DNA of 64,000 nucleotides from Candidatus Methanomethylophilaceae archaeon (GTDB taxonomy: Archaea; Thermoplasmatota; Thermoplasmata; Methanomassiliicoccales; Methanomethylophilaceae), in contig JBMNHS010000001.1 in NCBI GenBank assembly GCA_050950505.1, positions 640,001 through 704,000 of the forward strand, written 5' to 3'. This document shows positions 26,101 through 36,719 of the stretch, one piece after another (positions within the stretch are counted from its first letter, which is position 1; each line of letters starts with the position of its first letter). Below the pieces are notes generated by a model that was not told the origin of the DNA, made no database searches, and saw nothing but the letters and a program-made list of their open reading frames with translations. Made by a program: the position numbers and the translations under genes.

Positions 26101-28315
26101 ATTTTCTGAGTCTCAGCGCGTTGGACACCACCAGCAGTGACGAAGCGGACATGGCGGCCGCGGATATCATGGGCATTATCGAAATGTTCTCTATTCCAAG
26201 GGGGTACAGTATCCCTGCCGCGATGGGTATCGCTATGATGTTGTACATGAACGCCAGGAACAAATTCTGTTTGATGTTCTTCATGGTGGCTTTGCCCAAT
26301 TCCATGGATGCCGGTATGGACCTCATGTCGTCGGTCATCATGACCACGTCGGCGGAATCCATGGCGATGTCGGTTCCGGCTCTGACGGCCAATCCCAGAT
26401 CGGATTGCATGAGGGCGGGAGCATCGTTGATGCCGTCTCCGGCCATGGCGACGTAACGTCCTTCGATTTGCAGATTCTTCACGACTTCCAGCTTGTCCCC
26501 GGGTGCGGCGTTGGAGATGACGTTGGTTATCCCCACGGTGCCGGCGACGGACTTCGCCGTGGCTTCGTTGTCTCCGGTGACCATGATTATTTCCGCACCG
26601 TTTTCGTTCATCCGTCTGACGGCGAATTCGGATTCGGGTCTGATGGGATCGGAAACCGCGATAACGCCGAGAAGGACATCTTCTTCCGCGACGTAGAAGT
26701 AGGTCATAGCCTTTTCCGCGAATTCTTTGGATTCAGCGTCGAATCCGGATATGTCGCATCCGCATTCTTCCATGAGCTTGGGATTTCCGATGGTCACGGT
26801 CTTGCCGTTGACCACGCTTCTCACTCCGCCTCCGGTTACGGATTCGAAGCTTTCGTAAACCGGTATTTCAAGATTTTTCTTTTCGGCATATTCGATCACG
26901 GCTCTGGCAATCGGGTGTTCCGAACCGCTTTCCGCCGCCGCGGCGACGGCTATGAGATAATCCTCGTCCATATTCGAAGCCACGCCGGTGACTTCCGGGA
27001 ATCCCATGGTTATGGTTCCCGTTTTGTCCAAAATAATCGTGTTGATGTCTCCCGCCCGTTCCAGCGCGGAAGCGCTCTTGAAGAGAATCCCTTTGTCCGC
27101 GGCGACTCCCGTTCCCACGGTTATCGCCATGGGAGTGGCGAGACCCAGCGCACAGGGGCAGGATATGACCAGAACGGATATCAGTACCGTGAGCGCGAAC
27201 TCCAGCCCTCTTCCGGCGGCAAACCATACCAGGAACGCCGCCAAAGCTATCACGATGACGACGGGAACAAACACGGCGGCAACACGGTCCGCCAATCTTG
27301 CGACCGGCGCTTTGGTTCCCTGGGCGGTCTCCATCATCATTATGATTTCATGAAGCACGGTGTCCTTTTCGGTTCTGAGGGTGTTCACAATCAGGTTTCC
27401 GGTTCCGTTAACGGTGCCGGCGAACACATCGTTCCCCTCGGCCTTGGCCACAGGCATGCTTTCCCCGGTGAGCATGGATTCGTTCACCGTGGAGGTTCCG
27501 GAAAACACAACGCCGTCCACCGGGATCTTTCCGCCGGGTTTCACCGAAACCATGTCGCCGACGGACACTTCCGAAACGGGTATTTCCACTTCTTCGCCGT
27601 CTTTTATGACCGTGGCGGTATCCGGCTGAAGATCCATCAATCCCCTGACGGCGGAATCCGTTTTGACTTTGGAACGGGATTCCAGATACTTTCCGACGGA
27701 AATCAAAGTGATGATCATCGCCGCCGATTCGTATGTGAGATGGGCGGCGGGTTCGCCGAGTATGAGCATTCCCGTGTTCCAGAACGCATACAGAAGGGAT
27801 GCGGTCGCACCCAATGCGACCAACGAATCCATCGTAGGAGTTCCGGTGCGGAGGGCAGGGAATCCACGGAGGAAGAATCTTCTTCCCGCATAAATCACGG
27901 GCAGACAGAGAACCATCTGCACAACGGCCATGACCGCCATGTGGTCGGACAGCCAAGGGATGTTTCCGAACATGTCCCACATACCGATGGTGAACAACGG
28001 TATGGTGAACGCCGCGGCAAGAATGAGATCCCGTCTCCTGACCATGGATTCCTTCGCTTCCGCGGCCGCAATGATTGCGGGGTCGTCCTCAATGGTGACG
28101 TAACCGGAATTTTCTATTACTTTTATCAGTCCGGGTTTATCGGTGACATCCGGATTGTAGGTGATTGCGGCGACGCTGTTGCCGAAATTGACCGCGGCTT
28201 CGTACACGCCGTCCGCGGAGCGAAGAGCTTTCTCCACCCTTTGGGCGCAGGCAGTACAGGACATGCCTCCGATACGGAGGGTCGTCCGTTCCCGCGGTTC
28301 ATCCGAAGAGACCAC
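26072..28315 (-). CDS. copA: Copper-translocating P1B-type ATPase
   Basis: [49 protein letters not shown]. Confidence 0.96.
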   Translation of the reverse strand: MVSSDEPRERTTLRIGGMSCTACAQRVEKALRSADGVYEAAVNFGNSVAAITYNPDVTDKPGLIKVIENSGYVTIEDDPAIIAAAEAKESMVRRRDLILAAAFTIPLFTIGMWDMFGNIPWLSDHMAVMAVVQMVLCLPVIYAGRRFFLRGFPALRTGTPTMDSLVALGATASLLYAFWNTGMLILGEPAAHLTYESAAMIITLISVGKYLESRSKVKTDSAVRGLMDLQPDTATVIKDGEEVEIPVSEVSVGDMVSVKPGGKIPVDGVVFSGTSTVNESMLTGESMPVAKAEGNDVFAGTVNGTGNLIVNTLRTEKDTVLHEIIMMMETAQGTKAPVARLADRVAAVFVPVVIVIALAAFLVWFAAGRGLEFALTVLISVLVISCPCALGLATPMAITVGTGVAADKGILFKSASALERAGDINTIILDKTGTITMGFPEVTGVASNMDEDYLIAVAAAAESGSEHPIARAVIEYAEKKNLEIPVYESFESVTGGGVRSVVNGKTVTIGNPKLMEECGCDISGFDAESKEFAEKAMTYFYVAEEDVLLGVIAVSDPIRPESEFAVRRMNENGAEIIMVTGDNEATAKSVAGTVGITNVISNAAPGDKLEVVKNLQIEGRYVAMAGDGINDAPALMQSDLGLAVRAGTDIAMDSADVVMMTDDMRSIPASMELGKATMKNIKQNLFLAFMYNIIAIPIAAGILYPLGIENISIMPMISAAAMSASSLLVVSNALRLRKFMPESLAEP

Positions 28316-28526
28316 GCTTCACCTCTGCACGGAAACCCACATCCACGACGGCGCGGATAAGATCCGTTTCATTCACGACGGAATCGTCGTACGTCACCTG
28401 GGCGGAACCCTTCTTCTGGTTCACCGTGGCGTCGGATACGCCTTCCAAGGATTTTAGGGAAGCTTCCACTTTCTTAACACAGTTAATACAGGTCATTCCC
28501 TGAATTTTGAGGTTTGTTTTAGCCAT
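28299..28526 (-). CDS. copZ: Heavy-metal-associated copper chaperone
   Basis: [24 protein letters not shown]; directly upstream of copA. Confidence 0.9.
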   Translation of the reverse strand: MAKTNLKIQGMTCINCVKKVEASLKSLEGVSDATVNQKKGSAQVTYDDSVVNETDLIRAVVDVGFRAEVKRGLFG

Positions 28527-28558
28527 ACGGCAGTAATCGTATTTCTGATATAATACGT

Positions 28559-31500
28559 TCAGTTTCTGCTTTCTATGGTTTTCACGATTTTCGCAATCTC
28601 TCTTTCGGGATCTTTCCACATTCCGGGAGTCCACACCCTGTGCATCACCCATCCGTTGGATTCGAGGTATTTCTGCCTGTGATAATCCCTTTCTCTTGCC
28701 GATTGCGACATGCCGTAGAGATGACCGTCGATTTCGATGCCCAAGATGTAATCCCCGTTCTGTTTTACGGCCAAATCTATTCTGTATCCGCCGATACCCA
28801 CGTTCCTGTCCACGGTGTATCCTTTGCGGACGAGGGAGTTGTACACCCTGTCGGACACCGAGCTTTGGGTTTCGATGATCGGGGAATCGTCCCAGCGGGA
28901 ATCGCAGAAGGATTGAAGGATATGGTCGGCAGATGCCGTGTCCCCGTTGCTCACGGCCTCGGAATACTGCAGATATTTCTTCAGCAGCTTCGGACCGTCA
29001 TTTGCAACATCCTCCACTCTCAGGTTTTCGGGTCCTATGGAAGTCACAATGTGAATCTTCCGTTTGGCGCGGCTGATTGCGACGTTGAGGCGGTTTTCCC
29101 CGCCCTGGTTGTTCAGCCACCCGAATCTTTGTGCCATCTTGCCGTCGGGGTTCGGGGCGTAGCCGATGGAGAACATTATCACATCCCTTTCGTCGCCCTG
29201 AACGGTTTCGATGTTCTTGATGAACAGACTCACATCCTCGCCGTTGTCGAATCTTGTCAGCTCGGCGCTGAACACTTTGTTGAAAACCGGGTCTTTGGCG
29301 CATTCGTCGTCAAGCATGTCGCTTATCAGATCTTTCTGTGCCGCGTTGAACGTGAGTATGCCGACGCTTTCGTTCTCCCTCCGGGTTCTGAAGAAGTTCT
29401 TCAGCAACTCTATGATTTTGGCGGCCTCGACTTTATTTTTGGTATTGTCCCAGACACCGTCCACCCTGTGGACTTCGATGGGGGGTTCCTCCGGCACTTT
29501 GATGTTGGGCGAAACGTAAAGTTCCCCTTTGTAAAATGCGTAGTTCGAGAAAGCGATGAGTTCCTCGTATCTGGAACGGTAGTGGAAGTTCAGAAGGATG
29601 GAATCGTAACGGGATCTGGCCAAATCCAGGAGGCTGTCTTCTTCCAGTGCGGCTTCGTCTTCCATAAGACCTTCCTCGTATTCGAGACGTCCGAACCCCA
29701 GACTGCTGGGCCTCAGTTGTTTGTGGTCTCCGGAAACAACGACCTTCCTGGCTCTGTATATGGAGGGTATGCCTCTTTCCACATACATCTGGGAAGCCTC
29801 GTCGAAAATCACCAGATCGAACAGTCTCATGCGGAGAGGCAGAACTTCCGATACGGTGTCGGGAGTCATCAGCCAGACTCTTATTCCGTTGAACAGTTCG
29901 TGATCGAAACGCTCGACGAATTTGTTGATGTTCCATTTCCGTTTACTGTCGGCGACTCTGAGCATGTCCCCTTTGCGTTTGGAATCGGTGATGTTTCTCA
30001 TGTAGCCCTGGAAATGATACTCGGCGGAACTTCTGGCCAGTTCCATCTTCTCTTCGATTTTTGAATCGATGTCCGAGACGATACGGTCGAAATCCCGTAT
30101 GTTCTGCATCAGATCCCTGTTGTTCGCGTCGAATTTCTGCAGACGGTCGTTCAGTATGAATTTCAGCATTTGATCGTTGCACTGCTTGGGTCCGGTTTTC
30201 AGGGCGTCAATCAGGTTAAGCAGATTTTTGCCGTATGTTTTTTCATTGGCGGTCATTCGGTCATAGGCCGCGCTCCGTTCGGAGAACAAATCGTAATCCC
30301 CAAGGCCGTCGAAGAATCTCCGTGGCTCATCCAGCAACATGTCGACCATGGATTTTCCGTATTCCGCGAAACCGAACTCCAGTATCTTTTCCGCTTCTTT
30401 GGCGATTTTTCCTCTGCCCATTTTGCGGCCCAGGGCGCCTTTGGATTTCAATTCGGAAACACTCGTCTCCAAATCCCTGATCAGCATTTTGGTCTCTCCG
30501 ATGTCGTACTCGGAAAGATTGTTTTTCACATTCATGATCCAGGGGTTCCTTTCCAGGCAATCGTGATATTCCCCGAACCCTTTGAGAGTCAGGGAATCCG
30601 AAAAGGTATCGTGAAGGCTTTTCACTTCTCTGTAATTCAGTTTCAGCAATTCCGGGTTTATCCCGTCCCTCAGTATTGCGTATTCTTCGTACTGATGCCG
30701 GTCGTTGAGATCCAGCCATCTGTCCATGGAGTAAAGTTTGTACGGGGAAATGCCGAATTCATCGGGCTTGTACATACGTTTGGAAATTCCGTTCAGTATG
30801 TTGAAATCGTTGTCCACGGATTCAGAAATGTCCCGGAGTCCGTATTCCTCGCGGGGAGGTTCCGGCTCAAGCATTCTGCTTATCTGGTTGTAGAAATTTC
30901 TTTTGTCTCCGGAATCGTCGATGAGCATGCAGTATTTCGACAGATTTCCCAAACGGGAATAGACCACGTCCAGAGCGATTTTCTTTTCTGAGACCATAAG
31001 CACGTTGCGCCCGTGCATTATTTCCGAAACAATCAACGCGGTGATGACCTGGGATTTGCCGGTGCCCGGAGGACCCTGCACCACCAAAGCATCATTCTTC
31101 TGAATTCCCGTAAGGACGTTCTCCTGGGCGCTGTTCAGGGGATTGATGTAAAGCAAATCCTTTTCCGAAGCGCCCAGTCCTTTTTCTTCGATTTCTTGCC
31201 CGGACAGAGGTTCCCTGCCGATTCCGGTGAACTCGTAGGGATCCCAATCTTTGACCAAATCGTTCAGGACTTTGTTTATATTCTTCCTTTCAATTATTTT
31301 TTCGAAGTCCAGGTGTATGGCGCTGGAGTACGAAGAATAACGTCCCAGCACGATGTTGGGAATGATTTCCAGCTGCCCCGGGGTGTATTTAGGGAAGCCG
31401 TTTGTTTTGTACTCTTTGAAAGGCACGGTTCCCGTTTCTTTTCCCGCATCTATGGATATTCCCTGTTCCGAATAGAATTTTATCAATTTTTCAAGGAAGT

Positions 31501-32275
31501 CTTCTTTCTTGTACTCTTCCAAAACCAAATCCGGAATCGGACGGTTGTCCCCGGACATTTTGATGTAAGCCAAAACCAAAGTTCCGTTCAGGACCACGTC
31601 CCGGTCTTTGTCCCTGAACAGGGTGATGTGTCTGGAGTCTTTCTCCATTTTTACCGGGAACAGAGCCAGAGGGGATCTGATGTCGAAATCTTCTCCGGGC
31701 ATTTTTCCCTGGGCAAAGGGATATGCGACGTATAAGTCGTGACGTCCCGTTTCCCTTATGTTGCGGTTCACTTCCCTCATCATGTCGCTGAGGTCCTTGT
31801 AAACGGCAACCTGATCTTTGCCGTCGGACAGGTCGCAGAGTCTGGCGGAATTCTTGGAGCCGAACAACAATTCCATGAAATCCGTGTCCTTCACACCGTT
31901 CAAATCGAAGGCCATGCCCTTTCCGAGCCGGCTCTGGTAAAGCATTCTGTTCTTCTTGTTTATGTTGACAAGTTTCTTTTCCAGTTCCGTCAGTATGTCC
32001 ACGGTTTCCTTGTCCATCTCGCGGCCGGTGCCTTCTTCGGGACAGTATTCGCTGATCACGCCCAGGAAGTAACTTCCGAACTCGGTTATGAAAAGCTCAT
32101 CCAGGCCCTTGATTGAACTGAGATGCTCCTTCCGTGTCGGCATGTACAGCGACATTTCCGTCAAAGCTTCGTCGGAGCATATTTCCAGAGGTCTTCCTGC
32201 TTTGTCTGTGTTGTCCTTTCTCAGTTTCTCCCTGAGTTCGTGGAGTTCCGAGTACAATCTGTTCGAGCCCATCAC
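28559..32275 (-). CDS. HRDC + DUF4011-like + SF1 (Upf1/DNA2-like) helicase + C-terminal restriction-endonuclease-like (Vsr/MTES_1575-type) protein
   Basis: N-terminal HRDC-like (LYSEL.ELR...ICSDEAL.EM...P.....L.IKG); KLVNINKKNRML; QGPPGTGKSQVI; VIFDEASQ; GDHKQL.P; HYRS; VQGDERD; RLNVAISRA; YRIDLAV...LGIEIDG..Y...ARERD..RQ..LE..GW...RVW. Confidence 0.9.
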   Translation of the reverse strand: MMGSNRLYSELHELREKLRKDNTDKAGRPLEICSDEALTEMSLYMPTRKEHLSSIKGLDELFITEFGSYFLGVISEYCPEEGTGREMDKETVDILTELEKKLVNINKKNRMLYQSRLGKGMAFDLNGVKDTDFMELLFGSKNSARLCDLSDGKDQVAVYKDLSDMMREVNRNIRETGRHDLYVAYPFAQGKMPGEDFDIRSPLALFPVKMEKDSRHITLFRDKDRDVVLNGTLVLAYIKMSGDNRPIPDLVLEEYKKEDFLEKLIKFYSEQGISIDAGKETGTVPFKEYKTNGFPKYTPGQLEIIPNIVLGRYSSYSSAIHLDFEKIIERKNINKVLNDLVKDWDPYEFTGIGREPLSGQEIEEKGLGASEKDLLYINPLNSAQENVLTGIQKNDALVVQGPPGTGKSQVITALIVSEIMHGRNVLMVSEKKIALDVVYSRLGNLSKYCMLIDDSGDKRNFYNQISRMLEPEPPREEYGLRDISESVDNDFNILNGISKRMYKPDEFGISPYKLYSMDRWLDLNDRHQYEEYAILRDGINPELLKLNYREVKSLHDTFSDSLTLKGFGEYHDCLERNPWIMNVKNNLSEYDIGETKMLIRDLETSVSELKSKGALGRKMGRGKIAKEAEKILEFGFAEYGKSMVDMLLDEPRRFFDGLGDYDLFSERSAAYDRMTANEKTYGKNLLNLIDALKTGPKQCNDQMLKFILNDRLQKFDANNRDLMQNIRDFDRIVSDIDSKIEEKMELARSSAEYHFQGYMRNITDSKRKGDMLRVADSKRKWNINKFVERFDHELFNGIRVWLMTPDTVSEVLPLRMRLFDLVIFDEASQMYVERGIPSIYRARKVVVSGDHKQLRPSSLGFGRLEYEEGLMEDEAALEEDSLLDLARSRYDSILLNFHYRSRYEELIAFSNYAFYKGELYVSPNIKVPEEPPIEVHRVDGVWDNTKNKVEAAKIIELLKNFFRTRRENESVGILTFNAAQKDLISDMLDDECAKDPVFNKVFSAELTRFDNGEDVSLFIKNIETVQGDERDVIMFSIGYAPNPDGKMAQRFGWLNNQGGENRLNVAISRAKRKIHIVTSIGPENLRVEDVANDGPKLLKKYLQYSEAVSNGDTASADHILQSFCDSRWDDSPIIETQSSVSDRVYNSLVRKGYTVDRNVGIGGYRIDLAVKQNGDYILGIEIDGHLYGMSQSARERDYHRQKYLESNGWVMHRVWTPGMWKDPEREIAKIVKTIESRN

Positions 32276-32361
32276 CTACCTGATGCATGAGTGACAATTA
32301 AAACCTATAGGGTTATGGGCGGTCGGGTGTAAATCTGAACGACAGTTTCGGAAGACTTATA

Positions 32362-32736
32362 TTGGGGACCAGAGGAGAGATTACCGAGACGGTGACGGAA
32401 GAAATGACGGCCATCGCCGTGGGCAGCGGAACCCTGCAGGTGTTCGGCACTCCCGCCGTTGCGGCACTGATGGAAAAAACCGCGTACACTTCGGTAATCG
32501 ATCAGTTGGAACCCGGTACGAACAGCGTCGGCGCAAAAACGGAAATGGATCATCTGGCTCCGACGCCTTTGGGTTCGGAAGTGACCTGCGTCACAGAATT
32601 GACGGACATCGACCGGAGAGTCCTGACTTTTGAATTCTCGGTCAGGGACGCCGTTGGTGAAATTGCCAAAGGCAGGCACACAAGAGTAATCGTCGACACG
32701 GCAAAGTTCCTGGACAAAGCGTCAAAACGCGTTTGA
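32362..32736 (+). CDS. Fluoroacetyl-CoA thioesterase (FlK)-like hotdog protein; start uncertain (no in-frame ATG upstream)
   Basis: TA.AVGSG.L.VFGTP...ALME, SVG....HLAPTP.G, G.H.R. Confidence 0.88.
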   Translation: MGTRGEITETVTEEMTAIAVGSGTLQVFGTPAVAALMEKTAYTSVIDQLEPGTNSVGAKTEMDHLAPTPLGSEVTCVTELTDIDRRVLTFEFSVRDAVGEIAKGRHTRVIVDTAKFLDKASKRV

Positions 32737-34005
32737 TCAGAACAGACCGCCGATTATCACGGGCAACAGCAGACATCCCGTGAGAGGTATCCGGCTCATG
32801 CCGGACTGTTGCGGAACGAGTCCGATCAATGCAGCCACGGCAAGGACCGTGAATCCGCCGATTCCCGTCATGAGAACGACCAATGACGTCACCGCAACCA
32901 ACGCGGCCGCGCTCATGGCCCTGGGATTTATTTTATCCGCGATGCCGGACATCACCCGCCCGGAAAATATCATAAGAACATATCCTATCGTCGCGGCGAT
33001 GCACATGGTAAGCAACAGCAGAATGAAGGATTCCGAACAGAATCCTTTCAGTTCATCGCCGATTATTTCTTTGATTACCGCCGAAGTTCCGGATCTTCCG
33101 CTCCCCGTCACGGACAGAGTGACCAGTGAAAACACCGACGTCACTGTGCCTATGGAAGCAACCAGGGATATGAACGCTTCCGGCCTCTCTTCTTTTTGAA
33201 TGCCTGCGGAAAGGGCGGCGCCGGCGGTCGCGGTTATGCCGGGAAACCATCCGGCCACGGACCCTGTCAGAACACCCTTCAATCCCGGCAGGGGACCGAC
33301 AGGGTCGGTTCCGTAATCGAACTGTTCCGGCAATTCCGTGTTGCCGACGGTGTTCAGCAAAGTGGGTATGCCGAACAATCCGGTCAGAAGGGGAAACAGC
33401 AAAGTCCCGTTTTTGAAAAATCCTTCCGATGGCAGTTCCCCCGTGCCGCAGGCAATTCCCAGCAAACCGGAGGCTATGAACAGGACCAAAGCAAAAAATC
33501 TCCCCTTCAGCCCTTCGGCGGAGAATATGACAACCGCGGCGACAAAGACGACCACATACACCGTCATTCTGTCCATGATCCCGGCGGCACCGTTCAGCAT
33601 GACATACTGAACCGGAACCGAAAGGACGACGGCGCTCAACGCACCCACCGCGCTTCCCGCGGCGGCGGCTCTTACGGCAACCATGCCTTTGCCCTCCGTA
33701 AGCAACCGATGTCCGGGCAACATGGTCAGAGCCTCGTCGGCATCCGGAGCCCCGATGAAAACAGAAGGGATGAAGTCCATGAAGGAATGAACCACGGAAG
33801 CGGACAGTATGCAGGACGAAACAAGTAAGGGCACGGCTTCCGGCTCAGCAAACGCCGATATCGCAGAGAACAGGGAAGTGTAGGACGCCAGCATGACGGC
33901 TGCCAGAGTGTTCACGTGTATCCCGGGGACCAGGCCCGTGAAAGCACCCAACGTCGATCCGACGATACTCGTGGCGAGTATGAGCAGAAGGACTTCCGTG
34001 CCCAT
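32737..34005 (-). CDS. TctA-family (DUF112) membrane protein
   Basis: G.FTGLVPGIHVNTLA, F.DFIPSVFIGAPD...L..LPGHRL..EG.G; many TM segments. Confidence 0.88.
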   Translation of the reverse strand: MGTEVLLLILATSIVGSTLGAFTGLVPGIHVNTLAAVMLASYTSLFSAISAFAEPEAVPLLVSSCILSASVVHSFMDFIPSVFIGAPDADEALTMLPGHRLLTEGKGMVAVRAAAAGSAVGALSAVVLSVPVQYVMLNGAAGIMDRMTVYVVVFVAAVVIFSAEGLKGRFFALVLFIASGLLGIACGTGELPSEGFFKNGTLLFPLLTGLFGIPTLLNTVGNTELPEQFDYGTDPVGPLPGLKGVLTGSVAGWFPGITATAGAALSAGIQKEERPEAFISLVASIGTVTSVFSLVTLSVTGSGRSGTSAVIKEIIGDELKGFCSESFILLLLTMCIAATIGYVLMIFSGRVMSGIADKINPRAMSAAALVAVTSLVVLMTGIGGFTVLAVAALIGLVPQQSGMSRIPLTGCLLLPVIIGGLF

Positions 34006-34050
34006 TGGACACAATCCTACTCAGGCGATGATAAACGTGTAGAGTTACAG

Positions 34051-34602
34051 TTAGTACTCCAAGCAAGGTTTGCCGTTTTCGATCTTCACGTTGAGAAGAG
34101 CCTTGATTTCAATCCCCTCAAGTATTCCCGAAAGACCCCCGGCTTTGTTGAACACGATGCCCACTTCGGAAACCTCGGCACCGTGTTCGGACAGGGCGGA
34201 AACAACGGCTTTGAGGGTGCCGCCGGTGCTGAGGGTATCATCGACGATAGCAACCCGATCCCCTTTTTTAACGCCGTTTATATACAATTTTTCAGAAGAA
34301 TACCCTGTGTTGCGGGTCACGGCGATTTCGCCCGGAAGTCCGTATTTCCGTTTTCGGATGACTCCGAAAGGTATTCCGGTGCGGAGGGAAAGCACGGCGG
34401 CCAAAGGAATGCCCATCGCTTCGGGGGCCAATATCAAATCGCAATCGAATTCACAAACGTCCATAAGTCCGTCGATGACTTCTTCGAGAAGGTCGGAATC
34501 GACGGGAGGAACCCCGTCGCTCACCGGATTTACGTAATAAGGGTACCCGTTCCGGTCCACCACGGGCCCGGACAGAAAGCTCTTTTTGAGAAGATCGTAC
34601 AC
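34051..34602 (-). CDS. hpt: Purine phosphoribosyltransferase (archaeal Hpt/Apt-like)
   Basis: YPYYVNPVSDGVP, EAMGIPL, RKRKYGLPGE, IVDDTLSTGGT. Confidence 0.88.
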   Translation of the reverse strand: MYDLLKKSFLSGPVVDRNGYPYYVNPVSDGVPPVDSDLLEEVIDGLMDVCEFDCDLILAPEAMGIPLAAVLSLRTGIPFGVIRKRKYGLPGEIAVTRNTGYSSEKLYINGVKKGDRVAIVDDTLSTGGTLKAVVSALSEHGAEVSEVGIVFNKAGGLSGILEGIEIKALLNVKIENGKPCLEY

Positions 34603-34685
34603 GGGCAGGGAATGCTAATGCGAGCATATTAACCTGTTCCGGACGAGATGTATTTAAATGAAGTCCCGATAACAATCTCGATAAA

Positions 34686-35750
34686 ATGGATGTCGCCGAA
34701 AGGTATGACCTGATAATGCGAAACGTGGAAGAAGTCGTCACGGACGATGAGCTCAGAGAACTTATTGAAACCAAGGAAAATCCCACGGCGTACATAGGAT
34801 TCGAGCCCTCGGGATTGGTCCATATGGGTTGGGTCATGGTGGCTTCCAAAATAATAGATCTTACGGATGCGGGCTTCAAAGTCACGGTTCTTTGGGCGGA
34901 TTGGCACGCTTACATCAACGACAAACTGGGCGGAAATCTGGAAAACATAAGAACCTGCGCCAGATACATGGAAGATTGTTTCTCCGCTCTCGGCGTACCC
35001 GAAGATAAAGTGAAATACGTATATGCCAGCGACCTGGTGAGCGACGTGGAATACTGGGAAAATGTAATCAAAGTCGCAAAAGTCACCTCCCTGAACAGAG
35101 TCAAAAGGGCCATGACCATCATGGGCCGTTCCGAAGACGAAGCGGACGTGGACACGTCGAAGATATTCTATCCGATTCTTCAGGCCACCGACATATTCTG
35201 CATGGACGTGGATTTGGCATATGCGGGAATGGACCAGAGAAGGGCACACATGCTCGCGAGAGACGCCGCGGATAAACTGGGATGGAGAAAGCCCGTCGCT
35301 CTGCACACCCCGCTGATACCCGGCCTCGCCGGGGGAAACAGAATGGATCCCGTGGAATCAAAAATGTCCAAAAGCAAACCTGAAAGAAACATTTCGATTC
35401 ATGACACTCCCGATGAAATCAAAAAGAAGATGAAAAAGGCCTTCTGCCCCACGGACCGGGAGTCCGAGGACACCAACCCGGTGTTGATGCTCTGCCGTTA
35501 CATCATCTTCCCGAGATTGGGAAAGTTCGAAATAGACCGTCCGGAGAAATTCGGAGGTCCGGTTTCCTACGCCGATTACGAAGAACTCACCGAAGCTTAT
35601 TTCGGGGAACGGCTGTTCCCGTTGGATCTCAAGAACGGCGTGGCCGACGCAATATCGGAGATTCTCAGACCTGTCGGGGAAAAGTTCGAAAAGGAACCCG
35701 GAAATTACGAAGCTCTCAAAGAAGTGCTGGTCGGATTAGGAAGACTCTGA
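34686..35750 (+). CDS. tyrS: Tyrosine--tRNA ligase
   Basis: AYIGFEPSG.VHMG, ADWHA, YPILQ..D, GMDQR, KMSKS. Confidence 0.97.
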   Translation: MDVAERYDLIMRNVEEVVTDDELRELIETKENPTAYIGFEPSGLVHMGWVMVASKIIDLTDAGFKVTVLWADWHAYINDKLGGNLENIRTCARYMEDCFSALGVPEDKVKYVYASDLVSDVEYWENVIKVAKVTSLNRVKRAMTIMGRSEDEADVDTSKIFYPILQATDIFCMDVDLAYAGMDQRRAHMLARDAADKLGWRKPVALHTPLIPGLAGGNRMDPVESKMSKSKPERNISIHDTPDEIKKKMKKAFCPTDRESEDTNPVLMLCRYIIFPRLGKFEIDRPEKFGGPVSYADYEELTEAYFGERLFPLDLKNGVADAISEILRPVGEKFEKEPGNYEALKEVLVGLGRL

Positions 35751-36707
35751 TTCCTGCATTTCATTTCTGATGTTGCGGAATACGTCCATGACCTGAGTTA
35801 CGCACATTCCCAGCAAGGCTTCCACATCGCCGGTTCCGGACAGTCCGGCGGCGCCGAGATGTCCGCCTCCGTCACAGTCCGTGTCGGTACCCACGGTCTT
35901 CAGTATATCGCCGAGATTGATTCCCCGCCTCACGATTTCCTGTGTGGCCCGGGAGCTGATTCTGAATTTCTCATCCCGTTGTGTTCCGACGAACACAACA
36001 TCGGCTCCGGAGTTCATGATCGCTCTGCAGGCGGAAGCCTCAAAACTGTTTCCGATGGCCGAGGCGACAATCATGTCGGCCACCCTTTCGAATTTCACGC
36101 GGCCGATGGTTTTCATCACCGCGACACGTTCGGACATACGCACTTCGGCGGATATGGTGGACATGGCTTCATCCATGGCCACTCCGCTCTCCTCCATTAT
36201 TTCCGCAAAATTTCTTAATGTGATTTCTTTCGCAAATTGGAAATGGCCGCTGTCGGTCAGAATCCCGCCCAAAAGAGCCAACCCCACATTCCTGTTTATG
36301 GGATATCCCGCCTCGCGTATGATTTCGGCAATCACTTCGCAGCAGGAAATACTTTCGCAGTCACAGAAGAATCTGACGTTTTCCCATTTTCCCGTGGGGA
36401 TGTGGTGGTCTATCACAATGCTTCCTTCGGGAACTTTCGCATCCAAAAGTTCGGGTGACGAAGTGTCAACAACCACGGTCAGATCGTAATCTTCCGGGTC
36501 ATAGGTCTCAGAATATTCGATTCCGATGTTTTCGATGAAAGTGTTCGCGACGTAATCGGTTCCGCCGCAGGCACATACGGTGCAGTCGGGAAATGATTCG
36601 CACAAGGCGTAGGCGGACCCCATCGCATCCACGTCAGCGTTGTTGTGCACCAATATTGCTTTCTTGCCTTCACGCAGCGCATCCGCCGCTTCCTTGAACT
36701 TTCCCAT
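35736..36707 (-). CDS. DHH/DHHA1 family phosphoesterase
   Basis: HNNADVDA, VVDT, IDHH, ILTDSG.F, GGGH..AAG. Confidence 0.9.
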   Translation of the reverse strand: MGKFKEAADALREGKKAILVHNNADVDAMGSAYALCESFPDCTVCACGGTDYVANTFIENIGIEYSETYDPEDYDLTVVVDTSSPELLDAKVPEGSIVIDHHIPTGKWENVRFFCDCESISCCEVIAEIIREAGYPINRNVGLALLGGILTDSGHFQFAKEITLRNFAEIMEESGVAMDEAMSTISAEVRMSERVAVMKTIGRVKFERVADMIVASAIGNSFEASACRAIMNSGADVVFVGTQRDEKFRISSRATQEIVRRGINLGDILKTVGTDTDCDGGGHLGAAGLSGTGDVEALLGMCVTQVMDVFRNIRNEMQESESS

Positions 36708-36719
36708 AGGCCCCAATGC

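Noticed and set aside
26405-28360. 651-aa plus-strand ORF, and similar long antisense ORFs at 28640-30064 and 46311-47858
   Set aside because: They lie antisense to clearly conserved genes (copA, helicase, hdrA) and are codon-bias shadows.
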